DNA of 64,000 nucleotides. It comes from Octopus vulgaris. Taxonomy: Eukaryota. The translations under genes were made by a program, and so were the position numbers. Positions within the stretch are counted from its first letter, which is position 1. Each line of letters begins with the position of its first letter. The notes under the pieces are model-generated. The model was not told the DNA's origin. It saw only the letters and a program-made list of their open reading frames with translations, and made no database searches. The stretch covers positions 187,798,001 through 187,862,000 of the forward strand of contig OX597814.1 of assembly GCA_951406725.2 (NCBI GenBank), in the 5' to 3' direction. This document shows positions 23,392-35,293 of the stretch, one piece after another.

Positions 23392-24237
23392 GGCACCACA
23401 ATCTATTGCTAAACAACCACACAAATGGTCTGTTTAGCTCATTCCTCCATCCAGCTGACGTTGCTCGTACAAGTTCCAGGTGTGCCACAAGTCAGATGTC
23501 AACATGATTGCAGAGCAAAGTGAAATAAAGTGTTTTGCTGCTCCAGAACACAATACACCATGGAATGGGAATCGAAACCACGATCTCACTTTCCTGAGTA
23601 CAACACCCTAATCACTGGGCCATGTGCCTTCAATTACCTTGATTGATTAATTGAGTCGTTCATTCATACTTTCTTCCTTTCCTTTTTTCTTGTCAATTAT
23701 TTACCAACTTCTTCAGTGTAATGAATTTAAACCCATCACCCATTGAGAGTTAAGTGGTTTGCGCTGATGACAACTTAATGTGATTGTCACTGGAATACAC
23801 AACTCTGCATGCATTGTTTGGTTGGTGGGTGGGAAATACGATACAGTGATAACTAATTGCATTGATGCAAAACTTACAAAGGGAATATATTGGTGCAACA
23901 ATTACTGTGACTTTTACCCACTTTTTTAAACATTATGAATGTTATCTGAGAGAAATAATTGTGTATTATGAGTGTATGTGTGGCTGTGTGGTAAAACGTT
24001 TGCTTCTGAACCAAATGGTTCTAGGTTCATTCCCACCGTGTGACACCTTGGGTGAGTGTCTTCCACTATAACATTCAGGTTGAACAAAGCCTTGTGAGTG
24101 GATTTGGTAGATGGAAACTGAAAGAAGCCTGTCATGTGTGTGTGTATATATGTATATATTTATAAATGTTCTAAAATCTACACAGCCTTGGGTTGTTATC
24201 TCATTATGGAAAAAATTTTATATATATATATATATAA

Positions 24238-24420
24238 CGGGAAGGTTTACGAAAATAAACAAAAGACGAAGGCAGGTTTACGAAAATAAACAAAAGATGA
24301 AGGCAGGTGGAGTACAAACAAACAGTTGTATTAGTACGGCGCTCAGGAATAGAAATAAAACAAATCTTTTACGTTTCAAGCCTACGCTCTTCGACAGAAA
24401 GATACACAGAAAAGAAACGG
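24238..24420 (-). mobile_element. PLE pseudo-LTR copy with hammerhead-like motif (24364-24403)
   Basis: Homologous to 5986-6143 and starts directly after (TA)n. Confidence 0.7.
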
Positions 24421-24429
24421 TCCATCATA

Positions 24430-24578
24430 GGCGCAGGTGTGGTTGTGTGGTAAGAAGCTTGCTTGCCAACCACATGGTTCTGGGTTCAGTCCCACTGCGT
24501 GGCACCTTGGGTAAATGTCTTCTACTATAGCCTCGTGTGGATTTGGTAGACAGAAACTGAGAGAAGCTTGTCGTATAT
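24430..24578 (+). mobile_element. SINE family C, 5' half
   Basis: GGCGCAGGTGTGGTTGTGTGGTAAGAAGCTTGCTT...GGCACCTTGGGTAAATGTCTT. Confidence 0.8.
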
Positions 24579-24579
24579 A

Positions 24580-25205
24580 GTTGAATAAAGTTAAAACATG
24601 GTATGGTTTTCATGTTTTTTATTATGGTATTTTAACTTTAAAAAAAAATTTGTAATGTTTATAAAGTTTAATTAGCACTTTCATACGTTTGTAGTAATCA
24701 TCAGATTTCAAAAGGGTTAACTGACAGTTGAGTTCTTGACAGTTGCATGCAGATTAGTCAAAACCCTATCCAAAAATTAAGCTTGTTGGAGCATTCTAAG
24801 AGTGGTACTAAAGTTGTCAAGAACTCAACTGTCAGTTAACCCTTTCATTACCAACCCAGCTGAAACTGGCTCTGGCTCTGAGTACAAATGTCTTGTTTTC
24901 ATAAGTTTTGAATTAAAATCTTCCACCAAACCTTAGTCACAATTTATGTTCCTAACACTAACTGAATGATAACTAAGTTATTTTACTAAATCTTTTGTTA
25001 CATTTAAAGTAATTGAAAGAAACACAGAGTATCTCAAAATAAATACAGTAACAAAAGGGTTAAAACATTTTAAAATCTGATGGTTACTACAAACATATGA
25101 AAGCTCTAATTGAATTTTATGAATATTACAAAATATTTTTTTTTTAATGTTAAAATACCATAGTAAAAAAATGTGAAAACCAGATCATGTTTTAACTTTA
25201 TTCAA
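24580..25205. mobile_element. Fold-back (long-TIR) element with a piggyBac MITE nested at 24840-25059
   Basis: Arms TTGAATAAAGTTAAAACATG...TTAACTGACAGTTGAGTTCTTGACA and their reverse complement. The nested element is bounded by TTAA. Confidence 0.8.
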
Positions 25206-25485
25206 TTCACATTCATACAAATTCAGAACATGTATGTATGTCTATATGCATGTATGTATGTGTGTGGGCGTATCTATTTGTCCCCACCAGCCATCACTTG
25301 ACAACTGATGCTGGTGTGTTTATGTCTTTGAAACTTAGTGGTTCAGTGAAATGGACCAATAGAATAAGTACTAGGCTTACAAAGAATAAGTCCTGGGGTT
25401 GATTTCTTTGACTAAAAAAAACCTTTGAAGCAGTGCTCCAGCATGGCTGCAGTAAAATGACTGAAACAAGTAAAAGAATAAAAGA

Positions 25486-25538
<53 letters not shown>

Positions 25539-26258
25539 AAGGGGTGTTAAAAAGTTCCTGGCTTTTTGTAAAAGAAAATACAGGAGGGTCAGCTAATGAG
25601 AATGCAAAATAGAGACTTATGCACCTGACCAGGTTCAACTGACCTCACATTATCTTACTTTATCCATCACAAAGCCCTCTGATGGTTACTTTCTTCTCCT
25701 AATTTCCGATGATCTGACCAGTGCTCTGAACCACACTTACTATATTGTATACTATAAAATAATATAAATTAATATAATTTTGTGTTTTATAATAAGAAAT
25801 GAGGATCTTTGTGGTTTTTGTCACTGTTCACATTGACCTTTAAAGAAATTTTTTAATGTATCACATTGAAGTAATTTTTGACTCTGAATCTGAATTTGTT
25901 ATTCATTTAATGTAGAAAAATTTTGCAAAAATGTTTCAGGTATTCAAAGTTTGATAATTTTCAGAATTTTCATTGGCATATCAAAATATTAAACTAGGAT
26001 TTTATCAAACAAATTATCTTTCTCGTATCTCCTTCTCCTCCTTGTGCACATGCGCAGCATCTTTGGTTACTATGGAAACAGTTCTTTGCAATCATCTATA
26101 TAACATGTGGTGTTTCTTTGCTTTGGTTACTATGGAAATAAAAATTTTTGCCACAGTGATATGTAAAATACTCACTTCTGATTGGCTAAAATACCCAAGT
26201 TTTGCAAATTTTAAAGGCTAATAACTTTTTAACTATGGCTTGATAGGGAAAATGAATT

Positions 26259-26742
26259 TCATCATCATCATCATCATCATCATTTAACATCTGTTTTCCA
26301 TGCTAGCATGGGTTGGACGGTTCGACCGGGGTCTGGGAAGCCAGGAGGCTGTGCCAGGCTCCAGTCTGATCTGGCAGTGTTTCTACGGCTGGATGCCCTT
26401 CCTAACGCCAACCACTCCATGAGTGTAGTGAGTGCTTTTTACATGCCATTGGCACAGGGGCCAGAGGAGGCTGGCAAACGGCCACAATTGCTTGGTACTT
26501 TTTATGTGTCACTGACACAGACGCCAGTCAGGCAGCACTGGCACCAGCCATGTTTGGATGGTGTTTTTACGTGGCACGGGTATCATAACTACAATTTTCA
26601 TTTGATTTTTATTTTGATGTTGATGTTGATGTACTTGACTCAATAGGTTTCCTCAAGCTCAACGGGTCATTCTATGATCCAAGGTTAGCACAGGAGGCCA
26701 TCCTGCGAGCCATGAACTCACTTAATTTGTTGAGTCTTCGCA
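26259..26742 (-). mobile_element. RTE 3' end (family B), longer copy
   Basis: Colinear with 22813-23256, including the ORF-end/UTR junction. Confidence 0.85.
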
Positions 26743-27254
26743 ACAAAACTTAATCCATATACCAAATTTGAAAACAATTGGAACAGAATTGTAGACAGTG
26801 ACGAAAACCACAAAGATCCAGAAATGAATAGAATATGCATTCATTATTGTAATAAATAAACAAATTTTTATTGGTAGAAATTTATCAAAGGATAAATATT
26901 TTCATTAAGTAAACTTACAACATATAAAAGACGTGGAAGTTGAAAGGTAAGTATTCACCCCATTCTCTTTTCCCAGCTTACTCACATCACCAGCTCTATC
27001 GCTGAACAAGCCTTAATGTTCATTCAAAAGTAACATTCTTTTGTAATTTTGAAAATTCTCCTCCCACCCCCAGCAAACAACATTTACAAGTAATCCAGAA
27101 AATGCTCAGCGTTGATGTATAAACAACAACTTTGGTATATCAAGTAGGAAGTTGTCTTTCACACAATTTTCAATATCACAGGCTTGCAGACAATTCACTT
27201 AAAATAATGCTTTTCATTTGTGCACACATGCATGCACACACACACACACATTAC

Positions 27255-27610
27255 CTTGATGAAGGTGCATCCAGAATGTACCTCTATTTGGAGGGAGAGA
27301 GGGCTGCATACCCTCCGTCATCAAACAGAATTCATCTACGGAGCAATTGCCCCAGCTCCCCTTCAGGGTTGGCAAAAGCGATGTGGTGGACAACGAAAAA
27401 CCTGGCTGATGACAGTCAAGGCTGATCTGGAACCCAACTTAGGCCCCCATATCTATGGCGTTTGCCGCTGGAATAAGGAGTGGTTGGAAATCATGCGGTC
27501 GTTAGCCTCAAATCGCCAGGTCTGGTTGGCATTTGTGAGAGATGCAGCATTGAGGATGAATGAAGCCAGCTCAACCCACCCTGGGTGAATGCTGTCTCAA
27601 GAAAGAAGAC
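27255..27610 (+). mobile_element. RTE-clade LINE C-terminal fragment (different family)
   Basis: PLQGWQKRCGGQRKTWLMTVKADLE...LASNRQVWLAFVRDA with a CAAGAAAG-type tail. Confidence 0.75.
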
Positions 27611-28434
27611 TCACGGCTGAGGGGACTGAACCAAAATGAAAATGAAGTGATTTTTTTTCAGGGACACAATGCACCAACCAGTTCAGGATTTGAACCCCCA
27701 TCTTCTTCTGATCAAGACTCAAAGAAACTAACCATTAGGCCATGAATCTTTAGGATTTAAAGTAGTCAAGCAGGAAGATAATGAGATTTGATGTTTAGCT
27801 CAATTTATCTCATCTTTGTGAAATAAACAAATAATGTATCTGTTTATCATTTGTCATACATAGATAAGAGATAATCTAGCTGATTAATTCTCTTTGAACT
27901 ATTACTTCTATTAGGTTATGCAACCATCCTACTTTCTATCGAATCAGCTCAGGATACTTCTGTTAACCCACATAATGGGTTCAATAATTATACATCTTCA
28001 AAGGGATCGTTAATGATTTCTGTAAAAAGAATTATTTACATAAATCATAATGGTTACACACACACACACACAGGCGTAGTCTTCCAACATTATAGTTAAT
28101 TCATTTGAAATGAGTATTATTCTACATGAATCAACAAACACCATTCATTTGAAGTTAATGTTATATATATATATATGACTTTTCTGAAGAATAAGTCTCC
28201 CTATATAGTGTTCACAGAAGCAATTTGACAACCCGATTAGCACATCAACATAATCATTGTAATCATTATAATCATCATCATCATTGTTATTTATAATTGG
28301 GTGTTGTTGTCATTGTCATCACTGTCGTCGTCATTGTCATCATCATCATCACAATCTTTTAAATCTCATTGTAATTTTCAACATCAACATTCTCCTCATT
28401 AGCATGATCATTATAATTTTCATTGTCATGTATT

Positions 28435-28853
28435 TGGATAGTGGAGGGACCAGCTATGATTAGACAGCTCCCTAGTAGATAAAGCAATTAAGGGTATGAA
28501 GCCAGGAAAATCCCCCGGCCTATCAGGAATCACTGCTGAGATGCTTAAAACATCTGGTGGTTTGGGCTATCGCCTAGTCCCCCGCGTTGTAAACCAGGTA
28601 GTTCATAATGGAATCATACCTAATGACTGGCATAGCAGCACCATAGTCAACTGCTACAGCCTCCCCTGGCACCTGTGCCAGTAGCACTCATGGAGTGGTT
28701 GGCGTTAGGAAGGGCATCCAGGTGTAGAAACACTGCCAGATGAGACTGGAGCCTGGTGCAGCCTCCTGGCTTCCCAGACCCTGGTCGAACTGTCCAACCC
28801 GTGCTAGCATGGAAAACAGAGATTAAACAATGATGATGATGACGATGATGATG
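28435..28853 (+). mobile_element. Internally deleted RTE copy (RT N-terminal piece fused to 3'UTR)
   Basis: KAIKGMKPGKSPGLSGITAEMLK...IPNDWHSSTIVNCY jumps at ~28657 into the family B UTR and (GAT)n tail. Confidence 0.8.
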
Positions 28854-29467
28854 AACATCATCATTACTATCAAGATAGCAATCATCATTTCTATATTCAA
28901 CACGACTGATTTTTTTTTTTTTGTCTTTACTTCACTGCAATATCCACAGAATTGACTGATATTAGAATCTCAGCGTCACTTTTGCTTCCATCATCTATTC
29001 TTTTCTAGGAAAGAAAGCCTATTGTCTCTTTTAGCATGGTCATGAGACTGTTATTGCTTGTAAACAAGGAGAGAGAGAGAGAGAGAGAGTGTGTGTGTGT
29101 GCGTGCCTATGCATGCATGCATGTGTGTGTGCCTGTGCATGTATGTATAATTGAAAAATAATGTAGTGTATTAATTTGTCTGTGTTGTCAATTTCACATG
29201 TGTTGTAGGTTTATGATTTCTCTTAATACCTGGCTGCACTCTAATTTATTTAGGTCAGTGTTTTTCAGTATAATATGTATGTATGTGTGTATGTATGTAT
29301 GCATGCATGCATGTATATAGATATGAATATGTATGCATATGCACGTATATATGTACACATATACATCTGTATATAGGTGTATATATACATATAAATGTAT
29401 ATACATGTATATATAGACATATGCATATATATTGTATATATATATATATATATATATATAATAATAT

Positions 29468-29787
29468 TAGGGAGTAAATCCAAACTTACAGGGAAAAATT
29501 AGATTTAAGATTAAATCTAATTTTATAGTATAAATAAATATTATATTAAATTAGAGATAAAACCACAATTAGGCAAATCAAACAGTGAAAATCATAAGCC
29601 AATACATAGAAATAAAATTAATTAAAAACAATATAAAATATAAAAAATATAAAATTCAAATTAATTTGGAATTTTATATTTTTTATATTTTATATTTTAT
29701 ATTTTTAAATTAATTATATTTCTATGTATTGGCTTATGATTTTCACTGTTTGATTTGCCTAACAGTGGTTTTATCTCTAATTTAATA

Positions 29788-29790
<3 letters not shown>
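29468..29790. repeat. AT-rich long palindrome in (TA)n, probably inverted PLE ends
   Basis: ~120-bp arms (ATTAAATTAGAGATAAAACCAC...CAGTGAAAATCATAAGCCAATACATAGAAAT and its reverse complement) centred near 29662. Confidence 0.7.
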
Positions 29791-29824
<34 letters not shown>

Positions 29825-29857
29825 CATATGTATGTATACAAATACATGTTTATATAA

Positions 29858-29916
<59 letters not shown>

Positions 29917-29978
29917 GGTACAAGGCCATGCTGGCCACTTGATAATATCGATATTTAAATATCGATATTATCCTTATT

Positions 29979-30014
<36 letters not shown>

Positions 30015-30304
30015 TATATTTGTGTGTATGTGTATATATATATATAGTGTACTGTTCTGTTATTAGTTAAGATCAACAAAGAAAGTACTCCATCCAGTAA
30101 TAGTTAAGTATCATTTAATAAACAAATTCACATCTCCACTGTTTCCAAACAAGGTAATATTTTTTCCTATTGCTAGACATCTTTTTCATGGAAGACTGGA
30201 AATGAACAACCTCACTTGTATGACTGTAATGCTCATTTACAACCATCACATGATGTCAAGACAAGAACAAACACACACACACATATGATGGGCTTCTTTC
30301 AGTT

Positions 30305-30771
30305 TATCATCATCATCATCATCATCATCATCGTTTAGTGTCTGCTTTCCATGCTAGCATGGGTTGGACGGTTCAACTGGGGTCTGGGAAGCCAGAAGGC
30401 TGCACCAGGCCCAGTCTGATCTGGTAATGTTTCTACGACTGGATGCCCTTCCTAACGCCAACCACTCCATGAGTGTAGTGGGTGTTTTTTACGTGCCACC
30501 GGCACAGATGCCAGACGAAGCTGGCAACAGCCACGATTGGATGGTGCTTTCTACGTGCCATATATATATATATATATGTGCATGTATTTATATGTATCTC
30601 ATCATCATCCATGGTAGTGGCATGTAAAAAGCACCCAGCTTTTGGTGTTAGAGAGATTAGCCAGCCATAGAAACCATGCCACAACAGACTATTGGAGTCT
30701 GGACTGTTCCTCAGCTGATCAGCTCTTGTCAAACTGTTCAACCCATGCCAGCATGGAAAACAGATGTTCAG

Positions 30772-30826
<55 letters not shown>

Positions 30827-30900
30827 GGTGGTGGTGGTGGTGGTGGTGGTGGTGGCGGCGGCGGCGGCGGCGGCGGCCATCATCATTATCATCATCATCC
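30305..30900. mobile_element. Cluster of RTE 3'UTR fragments in opposite orientations with (GAT)n-(GGT)n-(GGC)n tail expansion
   Basis: Minus copy at 30305-30558 and diverged plus copy at 30612-30775, followed by the compound triplet run. Confidence 0.75.
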
Positions 30901-31218
30901 TTTAATGTCTGTTTTCCGTGCTTGAATGGGTTGGGCAGTTTGACCAAAATTGGCAAGCAGGAGAGCTGCACCAGGTTCCAGTTTAATTTGGCGTGAGTTT
31001 TACAGCTAGATGCTCTCCCTTATGCCAAACACTTTACAGTGGATGTTAGGTGCTTTCAACGTGACACTGGCATAAGTGCTTTTCGTGTGGAACCAGCACA
31101 AGGCTCTTGCTGACCAATCCTAGTCACCAAAGGAAGCAACATCAACACTTCTGCTTTGGAGGACATGTCTTTATATAAACATACATACTCATGTGTTTTA
31201 ATCTTTTAATCATTACAG

Positions 31219-31428
31219 AATCCCAATACCAGGCATCTTGTGCCACCCATTGATGTTTTGTGGATCACAGGATCAGAAGGTGGAAACTATTATTACTCAT
31301 TTGGTGGTTGTCACAGATTTGAAGCATACACAGCTTTACAGGAGAAAAGCATTCCTTGTAAACTAATTAAAGGTACAGCAGAAGACCTTAAGGTTTACAT
31401 GGGATCATCTGCTCCTGATCTTCGATAG
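31219..31428 (+). CDS. SRXN1: Sulfiredoxin, coding exon 2 (catalytic FGGCHR motif, stop TAG)
   Basis: Acceptor ttttaatcttttaatcattacAG| is followed in phase 0 by [69 protein letters not shown]. This carries the VPPIDVLW and YSFGGCHR signatures. The spliced product is 153 aa (115 aa from Met39). Confidence 0.96.
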   Translation, partial: NPNTRHLVPPIDVLWITGSEGGNYYYSFGGCHRFEAYTALQEKSIPCKLIKGTAEDLKVYMGSSAPDLR

Positions 31429-31573
31429 AAAAGGTAAATATTGTCTTTTTTTAAAGACGAAACATTTTACTCTATTTATGTTGATCTTTTTAGCTTAGTG
31501 CTAGGTCACAAATTTCAGTTTGTACAGTCAGTTAAATTAATTCCATTTTACTATTGGTATTATCTTATTGATT

Positions 31574-31834
31574 ATCCATGGCTCATAAGGGCCGGTTTCC
31601 CGGTTTCCTTGGCGTATAGGTTCCCCACCTGGATGTCATGCTGGTCCGTCGCAGGTGAGCTGTAAGATGCAGGAGAAATTTGTGGTGAAAGAGCCAGCAG
31701 AAGTTTGCCATTACCTTCTACCGGAGCTGCATGGAGCTTAGGTGTTTTGCTCATAAACACACACATCGCCTGGTCTGAGATTCGAACCTGCGACTGCGAG
31801 TCCACTGCTCAAATCACTAGGCCATGTGCCTTCA
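31574..31834 (-). mobile_element. tRNA-derived SINE 'family D', downstream of the sulfiredoxin stop
   Basis: Minus strand GGCACATGGCCTAGTGATTTGAGCAGTGGACTCG...GGTTCGAATCTCAGACC, with the same head and body as 41169. Confidence 0.75.
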
Positions 31835-31881
<47 letters not shown>

Positions 31882-31887
<6 letters not shown>

Positions 31888-32036
31888 ATAAGTAAGGGCA
31901 AAAGAAAAAAATTTATAATGCCAAGCACTACAAGCACGTGCTTGTAGTGATAAATTACATGGTTATTGACGTAGTGTCCATTTTCGGCATATTTTGGCAT
32001 TAGAAGTTTTTTTCTTTTGCCCTTATTTATAAATTG
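31882..32036. repeat. Inverted repeat (~43-bp arms) with internal perfect palindrome, adjacent to (TA)n
   Basis: CAATTTATAAGTAAGGGCAAAAGAAAAAAA / TTTTTTTCTTTTGCCCTTATTTATAAATTG, with inner CACTACAAGCACGTGCTTGTAGTG. Confidence 0.8.
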
Positions 32037-32866
32037 TTTATAAATTTAACCTTTAAAGGTATTTTTTAATATGCTGGCCATTGATACAATTTTTTTTTTT
32101 TTCGAAAAATTCTATCCTATATTAGATGTTATATCATCATCATTATCATTTAACGTCCGCTTTCCATGCTAGCGTGGGTTGGACGGTTCAACTGGGGTCT
32201 GGGAAGCCCGAAGGCTGCACCAGGCCAGTCAGATCTGGCAGTGTTTCTACAGCTGGATGCCCTTCCTAAAAGTTTTAATGAATCTCAGTGAGAGTTGAAC
32301 TCATGACATATAGAGATGTAACTAGAACTACAGAGTGTTTCACCTGCATTTCTATTTCAGCCACACCACTGCTTGTATTTACTCCATAAACAGTGAAGGT
32401 GACTGTAAGTGTTATTCAATTGGCTAAAAACAGTGTCCCAGTCTTCTTTGAACCATGTTGTACAGTCTTAAAAAGAAAAAGTGAACCAACTGAAAACTGT
32501 AAATCCACTGTATCTGAAAATTCCACAAAATAGTAAATTACTGGTATACCTTCGACTGCAGGTTTCCTTGATCAAGGATGATCTTGGGTTAAAATAACAC
32601 TAACAACTCCATAAACACTTCTGGATATATGTGCAGAAGCACATTAACCGTCAGACCAAGTTAAACTTGATCTTCTCCTCCACCAGCCTTTCTCCCACTA
32701 ACCTACAGTTATACACAATTAGACTCTAACCTACATTGTAAATGCATATTAAAGTGGACTTTGTGATTTGTCAACCAATTAGAAGCTTTGTATATACTGT
32801 GTGTTAGATCGATTTGTTGAGCCAGATAGATGTTTGATTGACTGCCTACATGCTATACTTGTATTT

Positions 32867-32905
32867 TACAACACTTTGATCTTAGCCAAAAGGCTGAGAT
32901 GCTGA
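32867..32905 (-). pseudogene. 3'-truncated U2 snRNA fragment (about nt 1-38)
   Basis: Minus strand GCATCTCAGCCTTTTGGCTAAGATCAAAGTGTTGTA versus U2 5' end ATCGCTTCTCGGCCTTTTGGCTAAGATCAAAGTGTAGTA. Confidence 0.75.
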
Positions 32906-34074
32906 CTGCAATAATCAAAGCAAGTATTTAAATTTTGAGAATCCTTTAACATATTGTACTATAAAGAAAAATGGTGTCAAATTTTAAATAAAAAACTTAC
33001 AAAAATTAAGAAAAAATAAATAATGATCTATTAATTTAACTGAAAGCCGTAGGCATGTTGAAATTAAATGACTTAAAGATGTATTAAGTATATCTTTAAA
33101 TGAATTTTTCTTGCCTTCTTGAGACTACTTAATTTTAGCTTGCCTGAGAACAATTTTTTCAATGGACAATAGTCTGATATATGAGCTGCATGTCCTGTCC
33201 TGCATAACTGGGAATGCATATGTATCAAAAGTTATTAGAAACTGAATAAACCTGCTTGGGAAGTAACTAGAAATTTGGAATCCAGTTAGTACTTACAGGA
33301 GTTGAAGTTAGAATATAAAGGGACAAAGCATTCTATATTGTGATGCATTTCTTAAATACAAGTGAAGGTAATTATATTGAAGAAGACCAAGACTGAATTA
33401 CAAAGATACCAGAAGCCTGTCTCCACTTCATGACATTTGCATTATGTATTTCCACTTTACATTAACACAAGACTACCATACTTAGAGAGGAGGTGTAATT
33501 GATAGATTTACTTTAATTTACTATGAACCATATCAGAACACCACCTTCATGGAAAGCGGATGTTAAACGCTGATGATATTACCCCAGTATTCTGTTTGGC
33601 TCTTATTTTATTGACTTTGTAAAAGAAAAAGGCAAAACTGATCTTAATGCAAGGAAACATAATCAAATACCTGAAGGTAATCTTGTCCAATAATTCTGCC
33701 TTGCCACATTCATGTACATATATTTCCTAGGAGCATCTGTACTGTTTCTGTCCACCAACTTTCATTCAAAAGGAATGCTCTGGTCAAATTGAAACTATGG
33801 TAGAAGATACTTGCTTAAGATGCTGCACAGTCAGATTGAATCTAGAACCAAGTAATTATGAAGTGAACCTCTTAACCAAAGAGCCATACCTTCATTTATT
33901 GTAAATTGCCAACATAATCAACAATACTAGATTTCATTCTTACTCATGAACTAGAAAAGGAGAGAGCCACAATAGTAACTACCTTCTCAACCTATTCTCT
34001 ACTACTTCCACTTCTTGGAAAATACAGTTGTTTGATGTTTGTGATTTTGTTTAGTGTATAATAGTTTTTGAATG

Positions 34075-34512
34075 CAGCATTCGAGTGTGATCGTTACCAG
34101 CATCGCCTTACTGGCACTTGTGCCCATGCTAGTAGAGTGCCAAGAGCACCATCTGAGCGTGATCGTTGCCAGAGCGGCTAACTGGCTTCCGTGCTGGTGG
34201 CATGAAAAAGGGCACCGTTTGAGCGTGATCGTTACCAGCGTCATCTTACTGGCACCTGTGCCGGTGGCATGTGTAAAAAAGATTCAAGCGAGGTCATTGC
34301 CAGTACCACCTGACTGGCCCCCATGCCGGTGGCACGTAAAAAGCACCCACTACAGTCTCGGAATGGTTGGCGTTAGGAAGGGCATCCATCTGTAGAAACT
34401 CTGCCTGATCAAGATTGGAGCCTGGTGCAGCCATCTGGTTCACCAGCCCTCAGTCAAAATCGTCCAACCCATGGTAGCATGGAAAGCGGACGTTAAATGA
34501 AGATGATGATGA
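34075..34512 (+). mobile_element. RTE 3'UTR variant with internal tandem subrepeats
   Basis: Repeated GAGCGTGATCGTT(A/G)CCAG and GTGCCGGTGGCA units precede the family B end. Confidence 0.8.
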
Positions 34513-35111
34513 TAATGAGTAATGTTGCAGTCTATCAGATCAAGATCTTTTACAAACCAGTCCAATAATACAACACTTTATTTTTTACTTCTGTTCTTTT
34601 AACATATTTTTCCACACAATAACATTTGGTTGGCGATGTCTTTGACTTTCCCTGACTCTTGTACCAGCTGCATTTCATCTGTCTTGCCTGACATTTTTAG
34701 GCCTGTCACCAGTGCTAACAAATGCAACTATATTTACAACATTGAGGACATTTTTGCTATCTAAGTAGGCTTGTTAGAATTGTTTTGATTCTGTTGAAAT
34801 ATCCATTTTTCATTCCCATTCTCTTTATACACAGTTTTATTCTCAGCTGGACACAAATACTTATAGAATACATAATTATTCAGGCCCTGTAATATCACCG
34901 CATGGCACCTTGAGCAAGTGTTCTGTTGAGCCAATCAAATCCCTGTGAGTGAATTTGGTAGGTAGAGGAAGCTCTATTGTGTATATATGTGTGTGTGTGT
35001 GAAAGTACTTGTACCTCCTTTGATAGGAGTTTCAAATCATCAGTCCAACTTGTCAATCTGTCTCTTGTGGTTAACTGCCTGTAGTTTTTCCAGCCCAAAT
35101 TTTATTTTAAT

Positions 35112-35293
35112 TGTGTTTAGGGAGAGTCATTCTCTTTTAGTGCCTTATTATTTAACACAGTCAAGACTATTGAAAAGGTTGCAAGACGCAACGAAAATTT
35201 TAGGAAATAAAAAAAATAGGAAATAAGTGGAAATTTTACTGGTGAGTGTGTTAAATAATAAGGCACTAAAAGAGAATGACTCTCCCCAGACAC
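35112..35293. repeat. Inverted repeat with ~45-bp arms
   Basis: GGGAGAGTCATTCTCTTTTAGTGCCTTATTATTTAACACA / TGTGTTAAATAATAAGGCACTAAAAGAGAATGACTCTCCC. Confidence 0.85.

Noticed and set aside
30642-30971. Poly-His/poly-Met/poly-Ala ORFs
   Set aside because: Compound triplet microsatellite derived from LINE tails.
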